A stretch of 40,582 bases of DNA from a virus (taxonomy: Duplodnaviria; Heunggongvirae; Uroviricota; Caudoviricetes). Position numbers and translations under genes: made by a program. Location of the stretch: the IMG/VR virus record IMGVR_UViG_2778261692_000003, positions 1 through 40,582 of that record; one strand, 5' to 3'. Shown here one piece after another: positions 28,670-34,964 of the stretch. The notes under the pieces are model-generated. The model saw only the letters and a list, made by a program, of their open reading frames with translations. It was not told the DNA's origin and made no database searches. Numbering within the stretch: the stretch's first letter is position 1; each line of letters starts with the position of its first letter.

Positions 28670-29549
28670 CGTGTTCACCCTCACGAACTTTCAGGTAGGT
28701 ATTGTCGTTAAGCAGGAAATCAAATCCCTTTTTGTGCCAGACGGTTCCGCGTTGATGGTTTGGACGCTCTTCGAACATCCATCGGCAATTTTCGCCTACG
28801 TAGCTCAAATAATTTCTCCAGTCCTGCATCGTGAACCCATGCCCGTCAAGCTGGCGGGTTATCACTCCGGCTTTGCGCCAGAACGTTCGGATCTGGTTTT
28901 TACGCTTGTCATTCAGTGCGCGGATTTTTGGCGCTTCAGGAAGGATTTCGTGGTAAGCATCGACAACATCCTGACAGCTAACGGAAGGTTTTTTCTTGTC
29001 AGACTTTTTGTCTGCTGCGGTACTCTCTAATACGTCAGTATTAGAGATATTATTTATATTATTGTTTATGGACAACCGTTGGACAACCGTTGGACAATCT
29101 CCGCTGAGAGCCGCGCCATTACTGGTGTTTGCGTTGGACAACCGTTGGACAACCGTTGGACAATTTTTTGACTGAAAATCGTCATATTTAACGATTGTAA
29201 ACAGGCTAAATTTCTTCCCCATCGAGCAAATATTAAGCATCCCTTTCGACTCAAAAGTCCGCAATAAGCTCCGAACTTTGTTGTCGGGGATGAATGTTTC
29301 TCTGACCAGCGACGGGCGTCCAGTTATCATCTGACCGCGATCAACAGTTATCGGCCCGATATCCGTATTGACGACAGTAGATTCGTGATTAGCCTTGAGG
29401 ATTAAGTGAAGCCAAAGATGTACTGCCTGAGAGTCCTTATAGAGCCTGCTGTCCATAAACTGGCGGTGTATAGAGACATACCCCATACTGGATGCCTCCT
29501 GATGTTGTACAGGGTTATGCCTGTAATCAGCTAACTTAACGACGCCCAT
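28659..29549 (-). CDS. Replication initiation protein (O-like) containing the origin iterons
   Basis: 296 aa with AGGAG 6 nt upstream. CPTVVQRLS occurs twice in the protein and is the translation of the iteron clusters. Lies directly upstream of, and overlaps, the helicase gene. Confidence 0.8.
   Translation of the reverse strand: MGVVKLADYRHNPVQHQEASSMGYVSIHRQFMDSRLYKDSQAVHLWLHLILKANHESTVVNTDIGPITVDRGQMITGRPSLVRETFIPDNKVRSLLRTFESKGMLNICSMGKKFSLFTIVKYDDFQSKNCPTVVQRLSNANTSNGAALSGDCPTVVQRLSINNNINNISNTDVLESTAADKKSDKKKPSVSCQDVVDAYHEILPEAPKIRALNDKRKNQIRTFWRKAGVITRQLDGHGFTMQDWRNYLSYVGENCRWMFEERPNHQRGTVWHKKGFDFLLNDNTYLKVREGEHDDR
29025..29167. repeat. Replication origin: two clusters of three 11-bp iterons plus an AT-rich tract and a 9-bp inverted repeat
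   Basis: GGACAACCGTT units start at 29069, 29080, 29091 and at 29135, 29146, 29157. The clusters are 66 bp (6 x 11) apart. An AT-rich tract lies at 29041-29068. The inverted repeat CTCTAATAC-GTCA-GTATTAGAG lies at 29025-29046. Confidence 0.8.
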
Positions 29550-29697
29550 GTTTCACTCCTGCTTTGGCTAGTCTGTAAACACCAACAAGGCGCTCTGCGA
29601 ACGCCCTGTTATTTGCTGCGGCTACCACTAATCCCTCAGGTGAATCAGGGTGTCGAATCTCTTCTTTTTCCTGGTATTTCTTACGACGTTTTGTCAT
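29536..29697 (-). CDS. Small basic hypothetical protein (53 aa) at the position of the lambda O start
   Basis: Translated by hand: MTKRRKKYQEKEEIRHPDSPEGLVVAAANNRAFAERLVGVYRLAKAGVKHGRR. AGGAGTAATT precedes the ATG, the same context as the lambda O start. Overlaps the initiator start by 14 nt. Confidence 0.4.
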   Translation of the reverse strand: MTKRRKKYQEKEEIRHPDSPEGLVVAAANNRAFAERLVGVYRLAKAGVKHGRR

Positions 29698-29707
29698 AAT
29701 TACTCCT

Positions 29708-29786
29708 GTGGATTGATCCAGTAATGACCTCAGAATTCCATCTGGATTTGTTCAGAACGCTCGGTTGCCGCCGGGCGTTTTTTATT
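29708..29786 (+). ncRNA. oop: oop antisense RNA (anti-cII)
   Basis: GATTGATCCAGTAATGACCTCAGAA.TCCATCTGGATTTGTTCAGAACGCTCGGTTGCCGCCGGGCGTTTTTTATT is near-identical to lambda oop. The -10 CATAAT lies at 29695-29700. The terminator is CGCTCGG/CCGGGCG plus a T-run. It overlaps the cII 3' end. Confidence 0.8.
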
Positions 29787-30023
29787 GGTGAGAATCGAAG
29801 CAACTTGTCGTGCCAATCGAGCCATATCGTCGTCAACGACGCCCCATTCAAGAACAGCAAGCAGCATTGAGAACTTTGGAATCCAATCCCTCTTCCACCT
29901 GCTGATCTGCGACTTATCAACTCCCACAGCTTCCGCTGTCTTCTCAGTTCCAAGCATTGCGATTTTGTTAAGCAACGCACTCTCGATTCTTAGAGCCTCG
30001 TTGCGTTTGTTTGCACGAACCAT
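29730..30023 (-). CDS. cII: Transcriptional activator cII (lambda)
   Basis: 97 aa from the ATG at 30023: MVRANKRNEALRIESALLNKIAMLGTEKTAEAVGVDKSQISRWKRDWIPKF... This is essentially identical to lambda CII. Confidence 0.97.
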   Translation of the reverse strand: MVRANKRNEALRIESALLNKIAMLGTEKTAEAVGVDKSQISRWKRDWIPKFSMLLAVLEWGVVDDDMARLARQVASILTNKKRPAATERSEQIQMEF

Positions 30024-30033
30024 ATGTAAGTAT
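30001..30033 (+). promoter_or_regulatory. PRE (cII-activated establishment promoter)
   Basis: TTGCGTTTGTTTGC (TTGC-N6-TTGC), then 13 nt, then AAGTAT, inside the cII 5' end as in lambda. Confidence 0.8.
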
Positions 30034-30081
30034 TTCCTTAACAAATAAGAAGTTATGCGCATCAACTTATGCGCGTTGTAT

Positions 30082-30125
30082 TCCCGCATTTCGGCGGGAA
30101 TGAGGACCATGACTGTTAAAGAGCG
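30082..30125 (-). promoter_or_regulatory. nutR (boxA + boxB)
   Basis: On the minus strand, boxA is CGCTCTTTAACA and boxB is TCCCGC-CGAAAT-GCGGGA, directly after the cro stop. boxB is identical to the one in nutL. Confidence 0.8.
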
Positions 30126-30132
30126 GTGTTAC

Positions 30133-30357
30133 TTATGCTGCCTGATTCGGTTTTGGAAACAGGTGTGGCAAATCGGGGCGAATTTCGTAAGCCTTGATCT
30201 GCCCTCCAGTGGCGTTAACGATGGCGGTAACTTTCTCTGGAGAGACCAATCCGCCTTTCAGCCATTTGTGTACTGCTGGCTGCGTTACACCACACTTGTC
30301 GGCAAGGCGCTTTTGGCTACCGACAATTTTCAAGGCTCGTTGAATTACTAAATTCAT
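30133..30357 (-). CDS. cro: Cro-type repressor (HTH, YdaS/Cro-like)
   Basis: 74 aa from the ATG at 30357, with AGAGG 7 nt upstream. The HTH reads SQKRLADKCGVTQPAVHKWL. It is the first gene of the rightward operon, divergent from cI. Confidence 0.8.
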   Translation of the reverse strand: MNLVIQRALKIVGSQKRLADKCGVTQPAVHKWLKGGLVSPEKVTAIVNATGGQIKAYEIRPDLPHLFPKPNQAA

Positions 30358-30383
30358 GAGCATACCTCTTGTGGTCATTGATT

Positions 30384-30456
30384 ATAACCAAAGATAACTC
30401 AAGTTATAAAAAATAGCAATAACCTTTGTTATTTTACTTTGGATAACCGTAGTTAT
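30384..30456. promoter_or_regulatory. OR operator region with PR and PRM
   Basis: Three ATAAC-N4-GTTAT inverted repeats lie at 30394-30407, 30419-30432 and 30443-30456, with centres 24-25 bp apart. There is also a half-site at 30384-30388. The PR -10 TATAAT is on the minus strand at 30382-30387. A possible PRM -10 TATAGA lies at 30454-30459, which would give a leaderless cI mRNA. Confidence 0.75.
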
Positions 30457-30468
30457 AGATTTGTGGGT

Positions 30469-31176
30469 ATGAAAACATTCGCAGAAAGACTAAATGCAGC
30501 CATGAGCTCAGCTGGGGTATCACAATCACAGCTTGCTGACATGGTTGGAATATCTCAGCCAGCCATACAGAAGATGTCGTCCGGTAAAACAAACGGATCT
30601 CGCAAGATGGTTGAATTAGCCAATGCTTTAAAAGTGCGCCCTGAATGGCTTAGTTCTGGTATTGGTGAAATGAGGGATGGTGCACATGAAGAACCATCCA
30701 ATGTCCGTGAGTCATCTTTAAAAGCTGTGGTATGGGAAGACATTAAAAGAAACGATGACGAGTTTGTTGCGTTGCCTCTTCTTAACGTTTCGCTTTCAGC
30801 TGGAAGCGGTAGCTGCGAGCTAGAGGAATCATCGGAGTTCTCTTTGGTTTTCAGAAAGCACTATCTGAAAAAGATGGGAGTATCTGAAAGATCAGCCAAG
30901 CTAGTTAGGGTTGTAGGGCAAAGCATGGAACCAACGCTTCACGATGGCGATGTTGTTGGTGTTAACACGCAAGATACCACAATCAGAGATGGTAAAACCT
31001 ACGCTATTTGCCAGTCTGATTTGTTACGAGTAAAAACATTAATCGCCACCCCTACATCGGTGATAATCAGATCAATAAATCGCGAAGAGTACCCGGATGA
31101 AGTAATGGATAGAGATGAATTTCATGAAACCGTAAGGATTATTGGCAGAGTATTCTGGTCGTCTCATAGTTGGTAA
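30469..31176 (+). CDS. cI: CI-type prophage repressor (HTH_XRE + S24 LexA-like autopeptidase)
   Basis: 235 aa from the ATG at 30469. The HTH reads SQSQLADMVGISQPAIQKM. An Ala-Gly cleavage site lies in SLSAGSG. The catalytic Ser is in GQSMEPT and the catalytic Lys in LRVKTL. Confidence 0.9.
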   Translation: MKTFAERLNAAMSSAGVSQSQLADMVGISQPAIQKMSSGKTNGSRKMVELANALKVRPEWLSSGIGEMRDGAHEEPSNVRESSLKAVVWEDIKRNDDEFVALPLLNVSLSAGSGSCELEESSEFSLVFRKHYLKKMGVSERSAKLVRVVGQSMEPTLHDGDVVGVNTQDTTIRDGKTYAICQSDLLRVKTLIATPTSVIIRSINREEYPDEVMDRDEFHETVRIIGRVFWSSHSW

Positions 31177-31216
31177 CCGATAATCAGAAGAAGACTTACG
31201 GAAGTGCGGAGGGATA

Positions 31217-31513
31217 ATGGAATTTCTGACAGTTTTTGTTGTTGTTTTGGTCATCATTCTTTTTGTTTTGCTAAGCATTAGCAAAAAGCTATCTCAAATG
31301 ATTGAACATAGCTCTAATCGAGCAAAAGAAGAAGAGCATCTAATTGATATAAAAGAGATTCTCTCTGATATAAAAATCACATTAGATGAAATAAAATACA
31401 CAACAGATCTAATTGAACAGTATAAAATACCAACCCCAAACGAGAGAAAAGCAATAGATCAATATCGTATTGACTTAGAAATCGACGAAATGCTAAGCAA
31501 TAGAAAGGACTAA
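31217..31513 (+). CDS. Single-pass membrane protein of unknown function in the rex/BstA position (lysogen-expressed moron candidate)
   Basis: 98 aa with GGAGGG just upstream, starting 41 nt after the cI stop with no intervening terminator. The N-terminal TM is FLTVFVVVLVIILFVLLSI followed by KK. The C-terminal part is acidic and helical. Very low GC. A strong terminator follows. Confidence 0.7.
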   Translation: MEFLTVFVVVLVIILFVLLSISKKLSQMIEHSSNRAKEEEHLIDIKEILSDIKITLDEIKYTTDLIEQYKIPTPNERKAIDQYRIDLEIDEMLSNRKD

Positions 31514-31543
31514 AAACACCCGGCCTCAGTGCCGGGTTTTTCT
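31512..31543 (+). terminator. Intrinsic terminator ending the cI-moron unit
   Basis: ACCCGGC-CTCAGT-GCCGGGT followed by TTTTTCTT. The preceding A-run makes it potentially bidirectional. Confidence 0.85.
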
Positions 31544-31667
31544 TACCCTGCCGTTCACCACCCAATCAACCATCCTCAGCATAGACAAGCATCAAGCCAA
31601 AGGTAACACCTTCACCCCGCACGCAAGCCCTCAAACACCAATCAATCAGCAACATTTACAAAAATAA

Positions 31668-31753
31668 AATACCTTTGTTATCCATCACTTATAACTTATT
31701 TACCACAAAATATAAATTAGGTTATTGACCACACCTATAACCTAAGTTATCTT
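31668..31753 (+). promoter_or_regulatory. OL operators and PL promoter
   Basis: PL has -35 TTGACC (31725-31730), a 17-nt spacer and -10 TATCTT (31748-31753). The operators are ATAAC-CTAA-GTTAT (31737-31750), ATAAA-TTAG-GTTAT (31712-31725) and the weaker AATAC-CTTT-GTTAT (31668-31681). Confidence 0.75.
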
Positions 31754-31799
31754 TAAGCCATCAGCAGGACGCTGGAAGCCAAACGGAACAGATTGGCAG

Positions 31800-31840
31800 G
31801 CTCTTTAACATTGATGGGATTGTCCCGCCGAAATGCGGGA
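31800..31840 (+). promoter_or_regulatory. nutL (boxA + boxB)
   Basis: boxA GCTCTTTAACA (31800-31810) and boxB TCCCGCCGAAATGCGGGA (31823-31840), identical to the nutR boxB. Confidence 0.8.
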
Positions 31841-31947
31841 ACCAAAGAGTAGTTGGCTTTGGGGTGACGTGAAGTGCAGCTGCACGACGGCAACCGGAAG
31901 ATAAGCACCCGGCGCGTCACCGCCAAAGTCAATCATCGGAGGTCAAC

Positions 31948-32220
31948 ATGACAGTAGTCATTACATATCTGGCTGACGATAACGCCAGAAATCGCCGCAG
32001 AGCACGCAGACAGGCTCAACGTGAACAGGCAATGCAAGAACAGCGATTGGCGCGAAAAATTGCGCTAAAGCTCTCTGGTTGCGTCAGAGCAGACAAAGCA
32101 GCATCACTAGGAAGCCTTTGCTGCAAGAAGGCAGATGAATGCAGTGGAAGTATTTGCCTGCCAAACGTAGCCGTTTACGCGGCAGGCTACCGGAAATCAA
32201 AACAATTGACGGCGAGGTAA
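31948..32220 (+). CDS. N-type antiterminator (P22 gp24 family)
   Basis: 90 aa. An arginine-rich motif NARNRRRARRQAQREQ lies near the N-terminus. The C-terminus LPNVAVYAAGYRKSKQLTAR parallels the P22 gp24 C-terminus. GGAGG lies upstream. Confidence 0.85.
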   Translation: MTVVITYLADDNARNRRRARRQAQREQAMQEQRLARKIALKLSGCVRADKAASLGSLCCKKADECSGSICLPNVAVYAAGYRKSKQLTAR

Positions 32221-32222
32221 TT

Positions 32223-32585
32223 ATGGGTCAGGAAGAAAAATATGAGCTTAAAAAGCTCATTGAAGAAGACGCCATAGAAGAAATTGCAGCATTAACAACA
32301 GCTATAAAGAATATTAGGTATGCGCTAAATACGCTTATCTCCTCATGCGACAAAAATAGCAGGGAATTTTTGATACTTGGCGCAGCTCTAGGAATAGTTG
32401 ATGCGGCAACGCTTCACCTAATTACTCATGACAATATTCTTATTGAGCCGTATGAAACATTACTGCTTGTCAGGCAAAAAATGGCTGATGCCGCAGCAAA
32501 TGGAGACCTTCAACTTTACATCGACTTAAGGAAAGTATTAAGGCGAATGGTCAGAACTGAAGGAGATATCCCCCTGACAAAATAA
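32223..32585 (+). CDS. Hypothetical helical protein (120 aa), first gene of the N-cIII accessory island
   Basis: ATG at 32223 after GAGGTAATT, starting 3 nt after the N stop. Low GC. No recognisable motif. Confidence 0.6.
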   Translation: MGQEEKYELKKLIEEDAIEEIAALTTAIKNIRYALNTLISSCDKNSREFLILGAALGIVDAATLHLITHDNILIEPYETLLLVRQKMADAAANGDLQLYIDLRKVLRRMVRTEGDIPLTK

Positions 32586-32765
32586 GGGGGTGAGAGGATT
32601 TTACTATTTTCCTCGCTGTAGGGGTACACGAGAACCACCGAGCCTGATGTGGTTAAAAGACAGGCACAATCTTTACTACCGCAAGCCACGCAGTGAAATG
32701 GGTGTGACTTGTGTTGGTCGCCAGAAAATGAAATTAGGCAGCAAACCACTTATTTGAGGTGATAT

Positions 32766-33188
32766 ATGGAAGAACAAGCAAACAAGATTCTCGTAGAACT
32801 ACTGCAAAAAGCCAGCAATGGAATAGACGCGGCTGTTTCATTTAGCCAGGCACAGATTCCTGATGTTGTTCATCAGTTGCTAATATGGAGTTTTGTCCAT
32901 AGCGCACTTTCCCAAGTGACTGGGTTGTTGCTTTTAATTGCAGCAATAAAACTTCCTAGTTTTGCAAGAACGGCAAGAAATAATGGCGAGAGATGGACGT
33001 CTTTCGATGGATGTCCAAATGATGGATATTTTATATCTTCGTTTTATTACGATATATGCACCGTATTTGCTCCTGTATTTGGCTCAATTATTGGCGTTTC
33101 AATTATCGCCTTCAATTTCGAATGGTTGAAGATTTGGCTTGCACCTAAGTTATTCCTAATTGAATATGCAGCATCATTGGTTAAGTAA
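32766..33188 (+). CDS. Hypothetical inner-membrane protein (140 aa, 2-3 TM segments)
   Basis: TTATTTGAGGTGATAT precedes the ATG. Hydrophobic segments are LLIWSFVHSALSQVTGLLLLIAAI and ICTVFAPVFGSIIGVSIIAF. A terminator follows. Confidence 0.65.
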   Translation: MEEQANKILVELLQKASNGIDAAVSFSQAQIPDVVHQLLIWSFVHSALSQVTGLLLLIAAIKLPSFARTARNNGERWTSFDGCPNDGYFISSFYYDICTVFAPVFGSIIGVSIIAFNFEWLKIWLAPKLFLIEYAASLVK

Positions 33189-33192
33189 TTTC

Positions 33193-33218
33193 AGGCCGCA
33201 TAGTCGGCCTTTATTTTT
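33193..33218 (+). terminator. Intrinsic terminator
   Basis: AGGCCG-CATAGT-CGGCCT followed by TTATTTTT. Confidence 0.8.
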
Positions 33219-33266
33219 GGCATAAACAAGAGAATAAACACCGCACTGAATTATTTGAGGTGAGAT

Positions 33267-33737
33267 ATGACAAAATCATGGAGCGTACCTTTTCCTGAAT
33301 CAGAAACTGAACATGATGGAATGCCTGTTTTCTGGAGATTCCAGGCGACAGTTGAAGAAGATGGAATCAAAATATTCGCACTTCAATATATAGCTTTTCA
33401 TCAGACAGAGCATTATGCATGGTTGGTTCCTGCGCATTGGATTGTTAATTTTAAACCAACACCAAATCAGTGGTTACAGGAATGGAAACAAAGGAGAAAT
33501 AGATATGCAATTAAGAAAGTAGCAAAAAATGCAGAAAGATCTTTTGCATTCCCGACGAAGAAACTTGCCATTGAAAGTTTATTGCGCCGGAAGAAATACC
33601 ATTTAATGAGAATCAAACAAGATTTGGCTGTTGTATCAACTCTTGTTGATGGGATGAAGAATATTGATACATCAACACCAGATATTGAATATAACTTTGG
33701 ACACAACCAAGAAACAGAAAACTGGGTGTTTTATTAG
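33267..33737 (+). CDS. Hypothetical soluble Trp-rich protein (156 aa)
   Basis: TTATTTGAGGTGAGAT precedes the ATG, the same 13-nt RBS box as the preceding gene. Low GC. No recognisable motif. Confidence 0.65.
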   Translation: MTKSWSVPFPESETEHDGMPVFWRFQATVEEDGIKIFALQYIAFHQTEHYAWLVPAHWIVNFKPTPNQWLQEWKQRRNRYAIKKVAKNAERSFAFPTKKLAIESLLRRKKYHLMRIKQDLAVVSTLVDGMKNIDTSTPDIEYNFGHNQETENWVFY

Positions 33738-33841
33738 TACGAATAAGCACTGTGTATTCATTCCAACGAGTGAATACACGGAGCAATGTCGCTCATAACT
33801 AAACAGGAGCCGACTTGTTCTGATTATTGGAAATCTTCTTT

Positions 33842-33866
33842 GCCCTCCAGTGTGAGGGCCTTTTTA
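33842..33866 (+). terminator. Intrinsic terminator
   Basis: GCCCTC-CAGTGT-GAGGGC followed by CTTTTTAT. A separate 9-bp-stem hairpin without a T-run lies at 33752-33779. Confidence 0.7.
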
Positions 33867-33931
33867 TATGCATACCAATAACGCTTCACTCGAGGCGTTT
33901 TCGTTATGCATTCAAACAGAAGGAGCATCCT

Positions 33932-34102
33932 ATGCAACAGTTCGCTATTGCAGGGGCGGCATTGGTTCGCCCTTTCAACCCGATTTTATCGGTACAGCAT
34001 TCACGAAAAAATATTTTAACCGGAGCAGACTTTAAACAACCAAGAATGAAAAGTTTGCTCGAAAAGCTTTGGGATATTTTGAAACAACAAGGCCGTCCAT
34101 GA
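33932..34102 (+). CDS. CIII-like protein (FtsH inhibitor family), tentative
   Basis: 56 aa with GGAG 6 nt upstream. It starts MQQFAIAG, and the C-terminal KSLLEKLWDILKQQGRP resembles the ..SLLER....L.DIL.QPG.P core of lambda/P22 CIII. Its position before erf matches P22 c3. Confidence 0.5.
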   Translation: MQQFAIAGAALVRPFNPILSVQHSRKNILTGADFKQPRMKSLLEKLWDILKQQGRP

Positions 34103-34257
34103 GTTTTACAGATAACTGGTCAGACGAAGAATTCATTCGTCAGATGAAAGAATTAATCGGTAACGAAGGAGATATTCATGTCACTTGCAACCACAGTGAA
34201 GGAGAGCAAGTTACAGAGACGCGTGTACACGCAGAAAGCTCTCTGGTATCGCCATAA
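34099..34257 (+). CDS. Small acidic hypothetical ORF (kil/arf position), frame conflict with the next ORF
   Basis: 52 aa from an ATG that overlaps the previous stop (ATGA). It overlaps 34178-34348 by 80 nt in another frame, so at most one of the two may be fully real. Confidence 0.3.
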   Translation: MSFTDNWSDEEFIRQMKELIGNEGDIHVTCNHSEGEQVTETRVHAESSLVSP

Positions 34258-34348
34258 TGGCGACCGCGAAGGAATGCGGGTATGTCTTAATTTGTCCCGA
34301 GTCGAAGTATTAAATCAGCGTTATTTCCTTGGGCCATGTCCATTCTGA
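34178..34348 (+). CDS. Small basic hypothetical ORF (kil/arf position)
   Basis: 56 aa, translated by hand: MSLATTVKESKLQRRVYTQKALWYRHNGDREGMRVCLNLSRVEVLNQRYFLGPCPF. GAAGGAG lies 6 nt upstream. It ends 10 nt before erf. Confidence 0.35.
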   Translation: MSLATTVKESKLQRRVYTQKALWYRHNGDREGMRVCLNLSRVEVLNQRYFLGPCPF

Positions 34349-34358
34349 GAACAAACAT

Positions 34359-34964
34359 ATGAGCAAAGAATTTTACGCAAGACTGGCAGCTATTCAGGAG
34401 AATCTGAACGCGCCAAAAAATCAGTACAACTCATTCGGTAAATATAAATACAGAAGCTGCGAAGATATTCTTGAAGGCGTTAAGCCGTTACTGAATGGTC
34501 TGTTTTTATCAATCAGCGATGAAGTTGTGTTGATTGGTGATCGGTATTACGTGAAAGCCACGGCAACTATTACCGATGGCGAAAACAGTCATACGGCAAC
34601 CGCTCTTGCACGAGAGGAAGAAATCAAGAAAGGAATGGATTCTGCACAAGTTACGGGAGCTACAAGCTCTTATGCACGCAAGTATTGCCTCAATGGTTTG
34701 TTCGGCATTGATGATGCGAAAGATGCAGATACAGACGAGCATAAACATCAGCAGAACGCAGCAGCAAAGCAATCAAAACCATCACTTACACCTGAACAGG
34801 TTCTAAAAGCATTCACTGACGCAGCAATGCAGAAAAACACCGTAGAAGAGCTTAAACAGGCGTTCGCCAAAGCGTGGAAGATGCTCGAAGGCACGCCGGA
34901 GCAGCACAAAGCGCAGGACGTTTACAACATCAGACGAGACGAATTAGAAGGAGCTGCTGCTTAA
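34359..34964 (+). CDS. erf: Erf single-strand annealing recombinase
   Basis: 201 aa from the ATG at 34359. MSKEFYARLA.IQE.LNAPKNQYNSFGKYKYRSCEDILEGVKPLL.GLFLSISDE.VLIGDRYYVKATATITDGENSH is near-identical to P22 Erf. Confidence 0.95.
   Translation: MSKEFYARLAAIQENLNAPKNQYNSFGKYKYRSCEDILEGVKPLLNGLFLSISDEVVLIGDRYYVKATATITDGENSHTATALAREEEIKKGMDSAQVTGATSSYARKYCLNGLFGIDDAKDADTDEHKHQQNAAAKQSKPSLTPEQVLKAFTDAAMQKNTVEELKQAFAKAWKMLEGTPEQHKAQDVYNIRRDELEGAAA

Noticed and set aside
29069-29163. Short direct repeats that could be mistaken for a CRISPR-like array
   Set aside because: The units are 11 bp, contiguous, and lie inside the replication-initiator gene next to an AT-rich tract. These are origin iterons with no spacers.
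29681-29980. 99-aa minus-strand ORF overlapping cII
   Set aside because: It is out of frame with the lambda-identical cII CDS and spans the oop terminator, so it is spurious.
32516-32749. 77-aa Cys-rich minus-strand ORF in the gap between the first two island genes
   Set aside because: It has a GTG start without an RBS, overlaps the 3' end of the 120-aa gene, and runs opposite to the whole PL operon. The gap is more likely regulatory or RNA.
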